A stretch of DNA of 63,215 bases, counting the filler, from Octopus bimaculoides (lineage: Eukaryota): the NCBI RefSeq assembly GCF_001194135.2. It is 4 parts of 4 records of this genome, joined end to end, with 100 filler letters (N's around TTAATTAATTAA, not from the genome) between each part and the next. Parts side by side here need not be neighbours in the genome. Positions count along the whole stretch, not along the records: positions 1 to 27,494 come from NC_068985.1; 3 more parts are not named here. The stretch is one strand, 5' to 3'. This document shows, piece by piece, positions 1 through 14,035 of the stretch. How positions within the stretch are numbered: the stretch's first letter is position 1; every line of letters begins with the position of its first letter. The notes under the pieces were generated by a model that saw only the letters and a list, made by a program, of their open reading frames with translations, was not told the origin of the DNA and ran no database searches. The position numbers and the translations under genes were made by a program.

Positions 1-2292
1 ATATATATATATTTATATATATATGTATATATATATATATATATACACCCCCACATACTCGCGTATATCGTTCGTTATTGAAGTTCAACACTGTTATAGC
101 TCTCTCACCCTCCATTTGTGTATGAATGTATATACATATATACTTGTGTATATGTGTGTGACTGTTTATACAGAGATAGAGAGAGAGAGACAAGGGAGAG
201 AGAGGAGGAGAGAGAGAGTGAGAAAGAGAGGAGAATGTGTTAGAATTATGTAAGATCGATGTATAGCAGAATTCATCCTGCGTAGATGTTGTAGATGTAT
301 TCGTTAAATTGCAATAATGAAATAAAATATATAAGCATATTAAAATTTATTGTATATTTTCAAGTATGAAATGAAAAGTATTATAATGGGTTACGACAAG
401 AGCTGCCAATAATGTTTCCATTTCTTCCCAATCATTTATGATAAGTTCAACTGAAGTATCTGAAGATTTTATATGTAGAATTAAGATATTACTTTTATAA
501 ATTATTCGATTGATATTATTATTACATTCGTTAGCTTCTTTTGTATCATCAGTCTTCTTATACAAATAATATTGTATGTATCTCGTTGTGTCAAATCTAA
601 TTGAAGTAAAACAGTTTTCCAAAGATATTTGAATGTCTTCGAAAAATTTACGCAACACTACGATTCACATTATTTTCATTTTTACCCTCCTTAACAATTC
701 TCAACTCACAGTAAACGCTGCAAATATCATCCTTTGTTTCCAATTGTCGTACTAAAATTATCTCTTTTCATTGAATATATATTCTCGTTTAAATTGTGAA
801 CACATTTGTTGAAAGAGTATAAGTGCAACTGTTTCAAAGTTTATTTCATAAATCAGGATATCTAGTAGCGCCCTCTATAATGTTTTAATGGTTTACATAA
901 TACCCACAGTTAGTAACTCTTGAAAAAATATACCACAGTCATTAGTCGTTTACAAGTTTTTGATTAGAATTAACTTACTTTCCACAACGAAAATAGTAAT
1001 CTTTTTGTTATTAAAAACTGTTGACCCCATGGTGAAGCTGAAATAAAGAAAAACTGAACTTGTTTATTACACGTAACAATATATGAAGTTGAAGCTATAC
1101 CGCTATAAGATATATCCAAATATGTTTTGAATTGTAAACTGATGTACAATAATAATGGAACAATAAGCGAAATATAGTTTTTGGTTTAATTAGAGGAATC
1201 TCTATAGATCCAAACACGCCAAGGCATTGCATTGTATGAGATATTGCTTACTTTATAATTAATTTCACATCATAAAACTTGTATGTCTTTTATTCCCGAT
1301 AATTAAAATACATTCCACTTGATTTATGGCGCAGCACAACGATATTATACAATCTTTACTTGAGAGGCCGATATATATCCATTATATCAATCCCACTTAA
1401 TTTTTACCACATCTTATCCTGCGATATGCAAGGGTTATTATTCATTATTGGTTTCGAATTGCAGCAAAAGACCGGAAAATGTGTAGAGACAGAAATCAGG
1501 AAATATTTGACTCCATATAATTTTCTGAAAGTAATTTGAAATAAATCAGGAATTTTTTTAATAGTAGTCACTTATATGCCTTTACAGGAGAAATGTCCAA
1601 GTGCCTAGGATTGGAAGGAAAGTGTCTTGTTACTTGTATGATTCGAGAGAGACAGTACAGACTGCTTTGCTTTGTTGCTCAGTTTTTTTACTCCGGGCAT
1701 CCGGTGAATTTGATGGTCCATGTAGGTTGACCACGGAACACAGGGTCACGTATTATGAAGATTTGTCACGTGGATGGGGACTCTGCTGGTCGGATCGACC
1801 GGGGAAGATCCGGTTATACACCTGGAGTGTATACTGACAAATAGTGAATGTAGCAACGTTGCATGTTCTCACACCTTATTTTGAACAAGTATTACTATGA
1901 AAGAAATATTTAACAACGAGTGAAGCGACTTACAACATTCAAGCCTAGTTTTGTGGAGTGGTGAGAGAATAAATGAGAATTTTTACTGCGGCGATTATTT
2001 ACAGAAAAACATATACAACCTTCTATACGTTGTCTCATGGAGATTGGGAGCCTAAAAACGAAAGTAAAATATGACAATGCTGCAAATTCATTGGATCTAG
2101 AAGCTTTGAATTTGCTTGGAACGAGTTCTGTTATAACAGTGTTTCTCAAACGGAGTCTGTGTCAGATTTTTTGAAAATGTATGTATAATAAATTGGTTAT
2201 AGTGCTACAATACACAAACTATTTTAGCAAGTGTGTTATACCATTTCTAATAATATTTCATTATAAAAATATAATAGTTTACATTATTTATA

Positions 2293-2425
2293 TTATTTAC
2301 ATTTGACGGATATTTGTCCTCATCTTGTTTGTTGTTAACACAACGTTTCGGCTGATATTCTCTCTAGCCGTCAAATGTAAATAATGTAAATAATGTAAAT
2401 AATTCCTCATCTCTTAAATATAGAA
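2293..2425 (-). mobile_element. Penelope-like element (PLE) terminal remnant with inverted tail
   Basis: Perfect 17-bp inverted repeat TTATTTACATTTGACGG (2293-2309) / CCGTCAAATGTAAATAA (2368-2384) and short AATGTAAAT tandems. Minus strand reads GGCT..AGCC-GAAACGTT, the stem II + GAAAC portion typical of PLE hammerhead-containing termini. Confidence 0.55.
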
Positions 2426-3479
2426 CTGTATAATAGTTTATAAACATGGAATGGTTATGAGGGTCTATCTGAGAAAATTAGAAATCAAGGTCGTCCATAG
2501 GCAATGAAATTGTTGATAAACGCTGAGTTATAACAAAAATGACTCGAATGCCTAATACCACTGCGAAACATAAATGGTTGGCATTAAAATTGATAAATAG
2601 CTTATAGCCTTCTGAATCAAAAATGATGGAAATTCACTCCATAAGTAGAACATCCAGGAAAAGAAGTAATTATATAAGTAGGATTTCAAAACCTGTGGTA
2701 GCTGAGGTACATTCAGTTGTATTCTCTCGACAAGCAGTTGTAAATGTTCAAAGTGACTCACAAGCGAGATACTAGCGTCACACACTTACACCTTTCACTA
2801 CATTTGAAAATGTTGAAAAGTGTAAATTTTGAACGATAATGGAAACGAAACTTACACGCTCCTAAGAGCCTCTACGTAACATTTTCAAATTCTTTGAATT
2901 TTACTTATAAACAAAATGTTACACTTGCAAATACATACGCAAGAGTGTTTGTGTATGTGTGTGTATGTATTCGCGTGCAGGAGTGTGTGCGTGTATGCTA
3001 TGTGAACATGCATCTATATATGTAAACTCTATGTAGATATTTTTGCTGATCTTGCAAGAATCACAATGGAATGAATTACTTGTAATCTTATTTTCAACAC
3101 TGATAATTGCTTTCCAGGAAATGTAGAGCAATATTTTTCTCTCTGATATATGAAGATGTCTAGACACATGAGTGCAATTATTTTATCGAAAAATAGAGAA
3201 GTGAATCAAAGCCATATTTTTATTCGACGTCAGATTAGATACGTTACACAGCCAGAGTACATCACAGTAGTAATATTGGTTTGCTTTATTTTTCTTATTC
3301 ATCTTCTCACTCAAATAATTAGTTGTGTAAATATTAGAAAAATTCCTTACTAGTTTTGTTAGCTCTAGACGAACTATTAATTAAATCATGAGAGACATCA
3401 GTGTAAATAATATCCTTTCTCTGTTACTACCTCAGGGTTAACAGAGAAGGTAATTTACTTACAGAATAGACAAAGAATT

Positions 3480-3990
3480 TGTGTGTACCACAGAAAAATA
3501 TTTCAAAATCATGTGGAATAACTTATAAAAGAACAGCAAAAAAGAAGAGTCACACATATCGCATAAGAGTAAATCAAACCCTACAAGGATTAGATGTTAA
3601 ATTTTTCAGATTCCATTTACTTCTACGGTCTTGGATTCTCAAATTCGATTACTTGCAGACAGCCTTTTCCACACAGTTCACCTCTATTTCAAATAAAATC
3701 CTAGGATCCTCATTTCAGCAAATAGGCTTCCCTCTCTGCATCTTCAGGAGAAACATGGAACATTGAAGCATTAGTTGAAACATTAGATTAATCTCGAATA
3801 TATTTTCGGCTATCCACCAGACAGAATTATATTTGCTTCTCACTCCAGTTACAGAGAAGGGACACAAGGGTCTGGAGGATCAAACCACTGCTAGAAAAAA
3901 AACTTTCCTCTGACGTAGCCGTTCAGAATAATTAGAAGGGAATAAAGGCTTTGTTACTATTCGATTGAAAACAGAAAGTTGAACTATTCT
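3480..3990 (+). pseudogene. Possible very decayed LINE reverse transcriptase remnant
   Basis: DYLQTAF (~3650, KAFD-like), GTQGS (~3860, GxPQGS-like) and LLLFD (~3955, YADD-like) occur in RT order with roughly RT spacing. Heavily disrupted. Confidence 0.25.
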
Positions 3991-6900
3991 GAAAAGGTTC
4001 TTTGCTGGTTCATCACTGATTTATATTATTGTCAGAAATTAACGTCTCTACCTGTCAAGCTGCAGTTTTAGATTATTCTGGAGTTGTCCAAAGATCGTGG
4101 GTGAAAATTTCACAAAAAAACCTAGTTCCTGGTCGACGTAAAAAAAAAAAAAAATTTTCCCTAAGAAATTATAAATTTATTCTGACACCCTTTTTGGAGT
4201 TTTTGTTGATGTTAAAGTAAGAAAGAATTAGTTTCAAAACCAGTAATTATACTGATTCAAGTTCCTATAACATACAGGATATCTGTGATCACTTGTAATG
4301 AGTGTATATAACAAATATACACTCATTTAACATTGTGTTGTGGACCTTATGCATATTGAGCTCTACACCAGCCTAGCTATGCCTAAGCGAAATATATGTA
4401 TATATACCAACGTTTATTTTAAAGCAGCCATCTCTAAGTCTCAGATACTGGAAATACTTTGTTATCCAAATCAAAAACGTTTTCCTCATTCAGACATTTC
4501 TAGATAAGCATTAAATATATGTTGGAACATCTCCAATAGTCTAATACATGACTTAACTCTAGTGTGTTCACTGCAGTGAAAAAGCCAATATAATACAATA
4601 ATAACAGAATATCATAACGATAATAAGTTCCAACTTCCAACTTTTTATTGGTTTATCTTTGTCGGCAAATGACAAACTTATCGAGACTTCCCGCACGAAT
4701 TTCGATTCTGTAATGAAATTTACCAATTGTTTATTGTTGGTGAGATAAAATAGTAACGTTCCAAAATTTGGTTTTTATCAAATTCTAAATTCAAGATTGC
4801 GTAAAGAAAAACCTCTTTTCGATAAAACGTAGTGTTTGAGAGTTACATTTCCTTAATAATTCGGAAATACTGAATAAATTGTTTAAAAAAAACTTTGTTA
4901 ATCACAAAGAATACTGTCGGTGCTAGTCTATCGAGATCATTCATGTTCTTGAGTTACCTTAGATTTTATTTGTAATATTTATTATACTGTGATTGCCTTC
5001 TCCATAAGTTTGAAGGGCAGAATGAAAATTGCTAAGCTGAGTGCTTATTAAAAAAAAAATTAATCCCTACGTAGGACATTTTATTGTATGGTATGCGGTT
5101 TAACGTTGTTCTAATTGCTGATGGTGTTGATGGTATTTATGTTGTTAATATCCTTTTATGTTGCTATTTACTCTCTCACGTCATCACATAGCCAAAGCTG
5201 TCACAAATTAGATACGACTTTCAGATATAAGGAGGACAATATTAAGCAAAATGGCACATCTGCTTTCGTGGCTAGTGTTTTCTGGGGGTCATTCTTTTAG
5301 ACATTTAGCAGATGGTGCATCACCTTACGAAATAAAATAGCAGATGGTGCATCACCTTACAAAATGGGTTTTACGTTGTTAGATATCTAAATTCAAAAGA
5401 CTATGTTTGAATATCCAAGAAAAGCATTGCTGATTGAAATATATTATTCAATGACTACGATTGGGTTTTAGTGGTATGGAAATTATATTGAGTGTTCGTC
5501 GTATGGAAATTAGATGTTTCTTTCATGTTCTCTCCATTTCATTCCATGTGCTTCTAGAACTTGCAGACATATCGAGGCCGGTTAAGCTTCCTTTCTTAAC
5601 TCTCTCTTCAAAGTTTCAGTTTTCAGCCTGCAATAACTATATTAAGGAGGGACGTTTTTGGCAAATACATATGGAGGTAGTGTATAGACAATATGCATAA
5701 TTAACTATGCATAACGTGGAGCACAAATGAATATTACATATTTTCCATCGATGTTATGGCCGTTCACAGAGCACCTTAATAACTATAACAAGGGAAAACA
5801 TAAAGCAGTTTGATTAATTGTAAATAAATGAAATTCAGTGAATGGTATTTTCTTTGGAAATTTTCAATGAGACCTTTGTATAGAAACAATTAGTTTCAAA
5901 GTAACATTTGAATTTCATTGTACTTCTCAAGACATGATTTACTCATGCTTAGTAGTTTAGTAGTTCTCAGTGGAGTGGAGAAAATATTGGGGAATGCTAT
6001 CAAAATTATCAGAGAGTTGTAGGTTCTTGTTTAGGGACCTTACGCAATCAGCACAAAACTCTGGAGTAATTCTATGGCCTAAACTTTGAAAAAGAAACAT
6101 ATTTGTTATCTTTCAGTCTTTTGGGGGATGAGATGTGATGATGCTCCCTTGATTTATTCAAAGACTATTTTGTAAATTATTTGAAGGAAAATTTATTGGC
6201 ATGCCACCATTGCAAATACATTTGCGAATATTTGTCGGATTTACTATCATGTAATAACGTATTGGAATCCATTGACATGGTATCGGTTGAGTCCTTAATT
6301 ACCGCGGATTTATATTTATTGTTTATATATCAGTGTCTGTATGAAAAATTATCTGTCTATTCAGACAATGGAGATCCGTTTTCACATTCTAGATTGCTAG
6401 GATAGGACAAGTGCACGTGACATATGGGATGCATTGAAAGACATGTTAAAATGTTAAGGAGTATACTATCTACATCGAATCTTATATCAATGTGAGAGGG
6501 CACTTATATCAATGTGAGAGGTCACAATACAGGGCTCAGTGACAACATGAGTGTGTTAGTAGAGTGTGTACCGAAAATGGTTCAAACTTCGTCCACTACG
6601 ATGGTTGATCTAAGAAGAAAATGATTTAAGATATGGAAGACAACATGGATGTATGGACAACATGAGTGGACAACTTTGACTGGAGATTCAAAGTTGATGG
6701 TTTGGTTATTCGAGGTCAAGTACCCAGCTTTTTACCGAATTTTCAGTGTTGTTAAACTAGAAGTGTATTGTATGGGTGGCTACTTTTGTAAACGGTATGC
6801 ACGGAAGCAGTCTGTGTGATCATTAAGTTCAATAAGAAGGGAAAACAATATCATATTTCGGCGATTGAGTGTTAAGATTTCTTATTTTCGTTTTGGAAAT

Positions 6901-8085
6901 AAAATGTAGCATGTCTTTATAGTCATATAAGCTTTTCCATGAACTTTGAGGCTAAATGATGTTAGAAATTACCTCCCTGGTCTCAGACGATGAAAATCTT
7001 AATACACTAAGATGATGCTAATAATATTTTTTTCTTTGAATGAGTTTGTTTATATCGATATATAAAACTAAATTCCTTATGGATATTTGCAGAGCATTTT
7101 CACTATTGGCCTTCTATATGGGGAGTGACTGGTTTTAATTTTGCCCTTAGTTAGTTTATATTTCTTGTGATGTGCTTGTTGAAAACGGAAATGGCTAGTT
7201 AATGTGCCGCAAGAGAATCAAATACAGCAAGCTTGGAATAAGTTAAAAAAACAAATACCGCAATGCATATGACTTTTTTTTTCTACAAGGGAACACCTCT
7301 AACAAACTCAATGGGTAGTAAGGGACAGAAACGAATATCGTTCAAATTTCTTTCGATATCTATAAAAACACCAAATATTTAGTTAATTTTTTCCAATCAT
7401 TTATATTTCTGAATTTCAAAACAGATCGTTCTAATAGACATAGGGTATATATTGATTTTGACAAATGGCTGTTATATATTTTGCTGCAATGTAGAAATGG
7501 ATGCATATGAGAGAAAATATATTGAAGAGAGTACAGATGCGAAAGATCATTATTAAAAATCAAATATGAAAGAGAAAATGAGACGGATATTAGTCAATAT
7601 GTTTGTTTGTCTGAAGTATTGATAGGAAATAAATGGAAATATTGGTTTTATTTCATCAATTCATTTCAATTTAATAGTTAATTACATTTTAAATTAACAT
7701 TGTAGTATGAATATTCCTCATTTATTGTCTCACATAGTTTCTCTTTTTATTTTATACCATATATTTCTCACAGATTTAAAATATTTCTATTTTCTTTACC
7801 TTTGAATTTAATGTAATTTTATATTTCCAAAATTGTAATTTTTTTAGCCATGACGCACTAACACTAAAACTACATTTCAGTACACACTATTACTTCAATT
7901 ATCCGTTATGGCTGTATATAGTTTTATTATATTCAATATAACATTTCCCAACTTTTCGTATCGTAATTAGATGAGGGATGTGATTTTCGCATAATATTAT
8001 ATGTTACTGTTTGGGAATACAATTAGTATAAAAGTTACAACACGCATGAAGAGAGCAAGACAAAACACATGGACATAGAATCACA

Positions 8086-8139
<54 letters not shown>

Positions 8140-8987
8140 CACACATGCATATATATATATATATATATANNNNNNNNNNNNNNNNNNNNNNNNNNNNNNN
8201 NNNNNNNNNNNNNNNNNNNNNNNNNNNNNNNNNNNNNNNNNNNNNNNNNNNNNNNNNNNNNNNNNNNNNNNNNNNNNNNNNNNNNNNNNNNNNNNNNNNN
8301 NNNNNNNNNNNNNNNNNNNNNNNNNNNNNNNNNNNNNNNNNNNNNNNNNNNNNNNNNNNNNNNNNNNNNNNNNNNNNNNNNNNNNNNNNNNNNNNNNNNN
8401 NNNNNNNNNNNNNNNNNNNNNNNNNNNNNNNNNNNNNNNNNNNNNNNNNNNNNNNNNNNNNNNNNNNNNNNNNNNNNNNNNNNNNNNNNNNNNNNNNNNN
8501 NNNNNNNNNNNNNNNNNNNNNNNNNNNNNNNNNNNNNNNNNNNNNNNNNNNNNNNNNNNNNNNNNNNNNNNNNNNNNNNNNNNNNNNNNNNNNNNNNNNN
8601 NNNNNNNNNNNNNNNNNNNNNNNNNNNNNNNNNNNNNNNNNNNNNNNNNNNNNNNNNNNNNNNNNNNNNNNNNNNNNNNNNNNNNNNNNNNNNNNNNNNN
8701 NNNNNNNNNNNNNNNNNNNNNNNNNNNNNNNNNNNNNNNNNNNNNNNNNNNNNNNNNNNATATATATATATATATATACACACACATTTATATGTATTTA
8801 CGCATGTATGTATATATGTTTATGTATATGACAATATAAAATATACCCTATGTTTGTATATATTCAGCTCAAGCTGCATACCTATACCTGTTAACGAATT
8901 CTTTGAAAGCTCTGTCTCGCCGTGTCTGAATCTTAATGGCTGCAACAAGCCTCCATCTACTATTCTGCCTATATGTCTGTGCACACA

Positions 8988-9224
8988 TTTGAATGCAGTG
9001 TATGCCAGAACGTTCGCACATCCCACGGAGGCCTCAAAAGACATTTTAAGATCCACAAAGAGCAGAACTTATCTGCAGCTCTTGGTGGTCCAAATCGGAG
9101 GTGAAATCTATGTGGGTGCCTTTTCAGAACATTGGTTTAAAAAGCCACATCAGATACCATGATTGTGCGAATGTTTAAGGACAGGAGATGGTTAAACTCT
9201 TCATAACGAGTAGACAACCACCAT
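8988..9224 (+). mobile_element. RTE-clade LINE 3' end (two C-terminal zinc fingers + 3' UTR)
   Basis: FECSVCQNVRTSHGGLKRHFKIH, then a stop- and frameshift-broken LCGCLFRTL..LKSHIRYH. The terminus ATGGT..CTC..ACGAGTAGACAACCACCAT resembles the RTE terminus at 37463-37497 and runs into a TA-rich microsatellite. Confidence 0.7.
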
Positions 9225-9370
9225 GTATGCATGTATATATGTATCTATATAATATATATCACACACACACACACACACACACNNNNNNNNNNNATATACA
9301 TTATTTTATACATAAGCAATTCTTATCAATTTAATCATCACCAGTGTTTTGAAATTTAGATTAAAATATA

Positions 9371-9574
9371 TGAGGTGGTGAGGCTGAAAAGTTTCTGGCC
9401 TTGGAAAAAAGAAAATACGGGAGAATAATTTGTTATTTTATTTAACATATACCCCTCTCATATTCACCCTTATAGCAGAAGTTTTTTAAACCTTCTAAAA
9501 GAACTCCGAAGGTTGGTCATGCAATCAGACCCTTCGCAACATCCTCAAAACGAGTAACATTCCAGCAACACCTT
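9371..9574. mobile_element. Degenerate non-autonomous mariner MITE
   Basis: Left TIR TA-TGAGG..GCTGAAAAGTTTCTGGC and a degenerate right TIR near 9545-9574. Same family as 57647-57822. Confidence 0.6.
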
Positions 9575-10351
9575 GAAAGTAGAATGAAAGGCTGAGAATG
9601 TTTTGTATGTATGTATGCATGTATGTATGTATGTATGTATGTATGTATGTATGTGTGTATGAGAACACTCTCAGGCAACTCTCTAAAGCAAAAATAAAAT
9701 TAAAATTCTGAATTATAGAAATTATATCGAACATCAGAACTGTAGCAGAGTTGCCCATATGTTTTCCAAGTGATTGCCTACCTGTGCAGTTCGTACCATT
9801 TTTGGTGCCAGAATTGTAGAAATGATATTCAGTTGAAGTCAACACTAGCGAAGTATCACAAATCATAAGAATGTATAAGCAGCATTCTTGTTTTTATCCT
9901 TTCACATATATCTATGGTTCCGCAAATCTTATAGAGATACGATAAATGTTATCAGTAGCAGGTGATAATAAAATTCTCTCATGCGGTGCGATCGTGTTTC
10001 GAAGATATTCAGACAACCGATTATAGCTATCATTATCCATTTATTTCAAATAACCTCTAGGCATCTCACTAATTGCAGTAGGGGGTCTCTACAGGACGCT
10101 AGTCAATATTTGTTATACACACCCACACGCACGCACACACCCACACACACATACACAGATATATNNNNNNNNNNNNNNNNNNNNNNNNNNNNNNNNNNNN
10201 NNNNNNNNNNNNNNNNNNNNNNNNNNNNNNNNNNNNNNNNNNNNNNNNNNNNNNNNNNNNNNNNNNNNNNNNNNNNNNNNNNNNNNNNNNNNNNNNNNNN
10301 NNNNNNNNNNNNNNNNNNNNNNNNNNNNNNNNNNNNNNNATATATAGATAG

Positions 10352-10397
<46 letters not shown>

Positions 10398-10814
10398 GCA
10401 GACAGATACATGCACACATATACACACATACATATGCAATTCATAATCAATTCATAGTAAATATTTAAAAAAATCTTTCATGGAAAATAGTGCTTTATCA
10501 AACGGAAGAGTGTGGATGTTTTCTTATCGAAGTACGATGTATGTATGCATGTATGCATATATGTATGTATATATGTATGTATGTATGTATGTATGTACGT
10601 ACGTATGTATGTGTGTATATCATTAATCAGTTTATTTCAAGTTTTCTTACCAATACAGAAAGAACCGGTTTCTAACGTAGATCTAAGCATCCTTCATTGG
10701 AATTTCACCATCAACAACAGGGTATGTTTGTATGTATGTATGTATGTATGTATGTATGCATGTAAGTGTGTATGTATGTATGCATGCATGTATGTATGTA
10801 TGTATGCATGTAGA

Positions 10815-11000
10815 CACGGCAAGAGTCTTTCATTTGCCGTCTGCCAAATGCACTCACAAATCTTTGATCGGATCGAGACTACAGTACAAGACATTTGCCC
10901 AATTTGCTATGCAGTGGGTCTGGAACCGAAAGTGTGGGGTTCATAAGCTTATCTTCTTACCACACAGCCACGCCTCCACACATCCACGATTGCGCCTGTA
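10815..11000 (-). mobile_element. SINE family 1, 5' half (tRNA head + CORE-like segment)
   Basis: Minus strand GGCGTGGCTGTGTGGTAAGAAG (A box) .. GGTTCCAGACCC (B box-like) .. TTGGGCAAATGTCTT .. GTGAGTGCATTTGGCAGACGG. Matches 15270-15435 and is followed by (TATG)n. Confidence 0.8.
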
Positions 11001-13824
11001 AGTGAAAACTGGATAATACATCAATTGAAAAAACGCTCTGTTTCTACAAAGAATATTTGTGGTTATCCAAAACAGCACAATGAGTGTTCTCTGCAGGTTG
11101 TGCAAGTTATTTGATTTCTCTCTAATCACGGAAAATATCAAAAGCTAGCCGTTGTGTGTTCATTCGAAGGAACAGAGAAAGAAACTTACCGAGAATGGAA
11201 ACAAGGTCAATATCAAAGTAAATGATTGTCAACGGCAAATGTCAGCTTTCAGATAGGGAATATATTAGCGATCACAGCGTTCAGTATTTGTCAGTATTAG
11301 TGAAATAGCTGCTGTCATAAAATACGTATATTGGTGCATGCATATCTGAAGGGAGAAAACCACTGAACTGCTTGCTGACAAGACACATTTCGTCACTTGT
11401 TGGCTGGATGAATATCCAATAATGAGGCATGTGAAAGGTATATGGACAATAAGGTCTATATGTATGGGCATGCTAGGGTCATAAAAAAAGTGTTAAAGTT
11501 TAAAGATGTCATTTCGATCCTCTTCTTATGGTTAAAAGCAATTTAGCTGAAACAGCAAATGAGGGATTTGTTTTTAACAATTAGCAAGAATCACTTTGTG
11601 GTTTAACCTTAGTGGCCAAATAAATTACATTGGCTATAACTACGGACTAAGTGTTGGCATTACGTACACACGCACGTGCGCACACACACGCACGTACGCA
11701 CATATATTTCGAGGATATGTTAAACCCATACAAGACAGTTTGCATCCAAATGAATCCCGGTTCGTTACCTATTATTATTTGAGAATGAAAATTCCCTTAA
11801 AACACTAGGTGTACATTAAGCATATAGTTCATATCCAGTTTTCGTTTCTTGTCTTCATTTAACTAAATATGAGCAATCTTAACGTAAATTGTGTATATTT
11901 TGTACATATACATGTGCATACATACTCATGAACATACACACGCATGTGTATATATGTACAAAATCGATTTAGTTTACCTTCAAATTCATAGTGCAAGAAT
12001 TTCTCCGCATAATTTTTTTTTTTAAATATCTTAAATATACTGTTCTTTATTCTCGCAGTCTCTTTTAAAATGATAAGAGAACAATTCTCGTTTCTAAAAT
12101 TAGTCGTTCTATACTTAATCACTTTTTTTTTCTTATTTAATTTCTGAAAGTTTACTTCTAGACACTATTAAAAAAATTCGAAAACCGCTTTTTGAAAATG
12201 AATCATTTCGTCTTTTCTCCAAGCTATAATTAATTTAATTAGAATCTTATAAAATGCTTGGTTGTTAAAAAGCCCGTTGAGGTATAGGATTCACAGCCTT
12301 CGTGTGGAACCTTGTTGAGATTTTACGTTAAATTGTATTCCACTGTTCTGTAGTCAAACTTTTGAACGGAAACTGTGCAAATCCATTGGATTCGCTGTAG
12401 CTCTAAAGAAGTCTAAAGCTGTGAAACATGATGCAAAACATTGACTTGGGTTGATATTTATTATGACTGTCGTTTTGATTATGGAAATCTTAATCAATTA
12501 CATGTTACTGCGATGATGCAGTTAATCAGCTCATCAAACCACGGAATGCACATCGTGGAAAGCGACGGAGAATCCAACGAGCTTTGATCTTTTCCTTGTT
12601 ATTCAGTTGAAGGTTATTGGGTATCCGTAGCACTCAGTCCCGCTTAATCGAAATAACAATATTTCCAAGAGATATGCCTCATCTCCAGCATTACATTATT
12701 GGTTATCGAATTAAAAGAAAATATATTAGTTTTGCGTTAGAACATATATAAAAAGACAAATTGGAAATTTATGAAGCATTTATACTGCTAATATATAATG
12801 GGAGTGAATTCAACTCCGTGACGATAAGACTTCTTTTTATATACTAAACGTGTTATGTCGTTCTGTGCATATAGATTTTGAATATCGTTATATGCAAACC
12901 GCAATCAGCGGCAGAGATTGATTGTTGCATCTCGTTTGTTTTCAATATCAAAAGCAATTCGCATAAATTTCACTTGTTATGTAATTGATTTCATTTATGA
13001 TTTGGAATCGTTTCAAAAGTTAGATACACATCACAGTTGTCAGACTAAATTTGATAGTCTGAAAACCAGATTCATTAACACGCACTCTTGTATTGATTTC
13101 TATATATTTTATCTTTCATACTCAGTACGAATATCTGATTTATTCCAATATTCTATTGTATTGCGACATCACGTACACATATTTCAAGCATAGGTATTAG
13201 ATATGTATTCAGTCAGTTCCAAAATAACCATCATTGCCAATTCTGTAAGCATTCGTTGAAAACAAAGTTGAGTTATTATAGTGGTTCTGTACTTATTCCT
13301 TCTCAGGGCCACAGCACACGTTACAGCAGTGCTAGACACCAGAGAAACCAATCCTACCTAAGGCGTACTAAAATGGACAGTAGGTGGACATCCAGGACTC
13401 ATGACTCGGATGTAGCCCAACCCCACTAGACTATCAGAATTTAAGAGCTAAATTACTTGCCTAAAGAGGTATTATCCGTTGAGGACCACAGAGTTTTTCC
13501 ACCATTGCATAGTGGTTTTAATTATTTTTAAAACAATTACGTATCGTACATTTGAAAACCTGTATTCATTTTCACATTTTGTCCACGTATGGAGAAATTT
13601 GACAAAAATCAAATTATAACTATTGTAAGCAAGCTATGTATTCTGATGTTACTCATGCACGGAAAAGTAACATCCTATTTTACTCGTAATTTACGGATAT
13701 AAATAATGGCAAACTATGTTATAAGAATATTGCCTTATATAACAGAACAGAATAAATTTCTTTAATATATGTATTTGTTTGAGATTGAATCTAACGTGAG
13801 CTCCTATATATCTTATATCTTGAT

Positions 13825-14035
13825 GTGCGTAGCGTGTCAGGAATGATCTATTATGTCGTCGTGGGCGGCGTAATTTGGTTGTACTGTGGCAGACTCCAGT
13901 CAATCAGAGCTGGAGGCGCATGAATAAAGCACCAGTGATCTGCCATATCAGTGACGCAGCAGTTTCAAGTCAGTTGCGGAAATAACAGTCTAGAATCAAC
14001 ATCACGTCTCGCATACAGATGCCGATTAACAATCG
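13825..14035 (+). promoter_or_regulatory. Candidate Pol II promoter-like CpG-rich patch
   Basis: Locally CpG-rich. GC box GTGGGCGGCG 13861, CCAAT-like TCAATCAG 13900, AATAAA 13923 (~27 bp before Inr-like TCAGT 13948), CRE half site TGACGCA 13952, second TCAGTT 13970. Motif-only evidence. Confidence 0.3.

Noticed and set aside
866-877. Functional CTCF site as a standalone feature
   Set aside because: Core-only match lacking the 5' CCA/CCG. A single motif hit is not supportable without binding data.
6380-6730. Decayed RTE 3' region
   Set aside because: Only a vague resemblance; no motif could be read with confidence.
8854-9162. C2H2 zinc-finger host gene or the 102-aa ORF in the track
   Set aside because: The fingers are in a different frame, are broken by a stop and a frameshift, and are followed by an RTE-type terminus. 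This is a LINE C-terminus.
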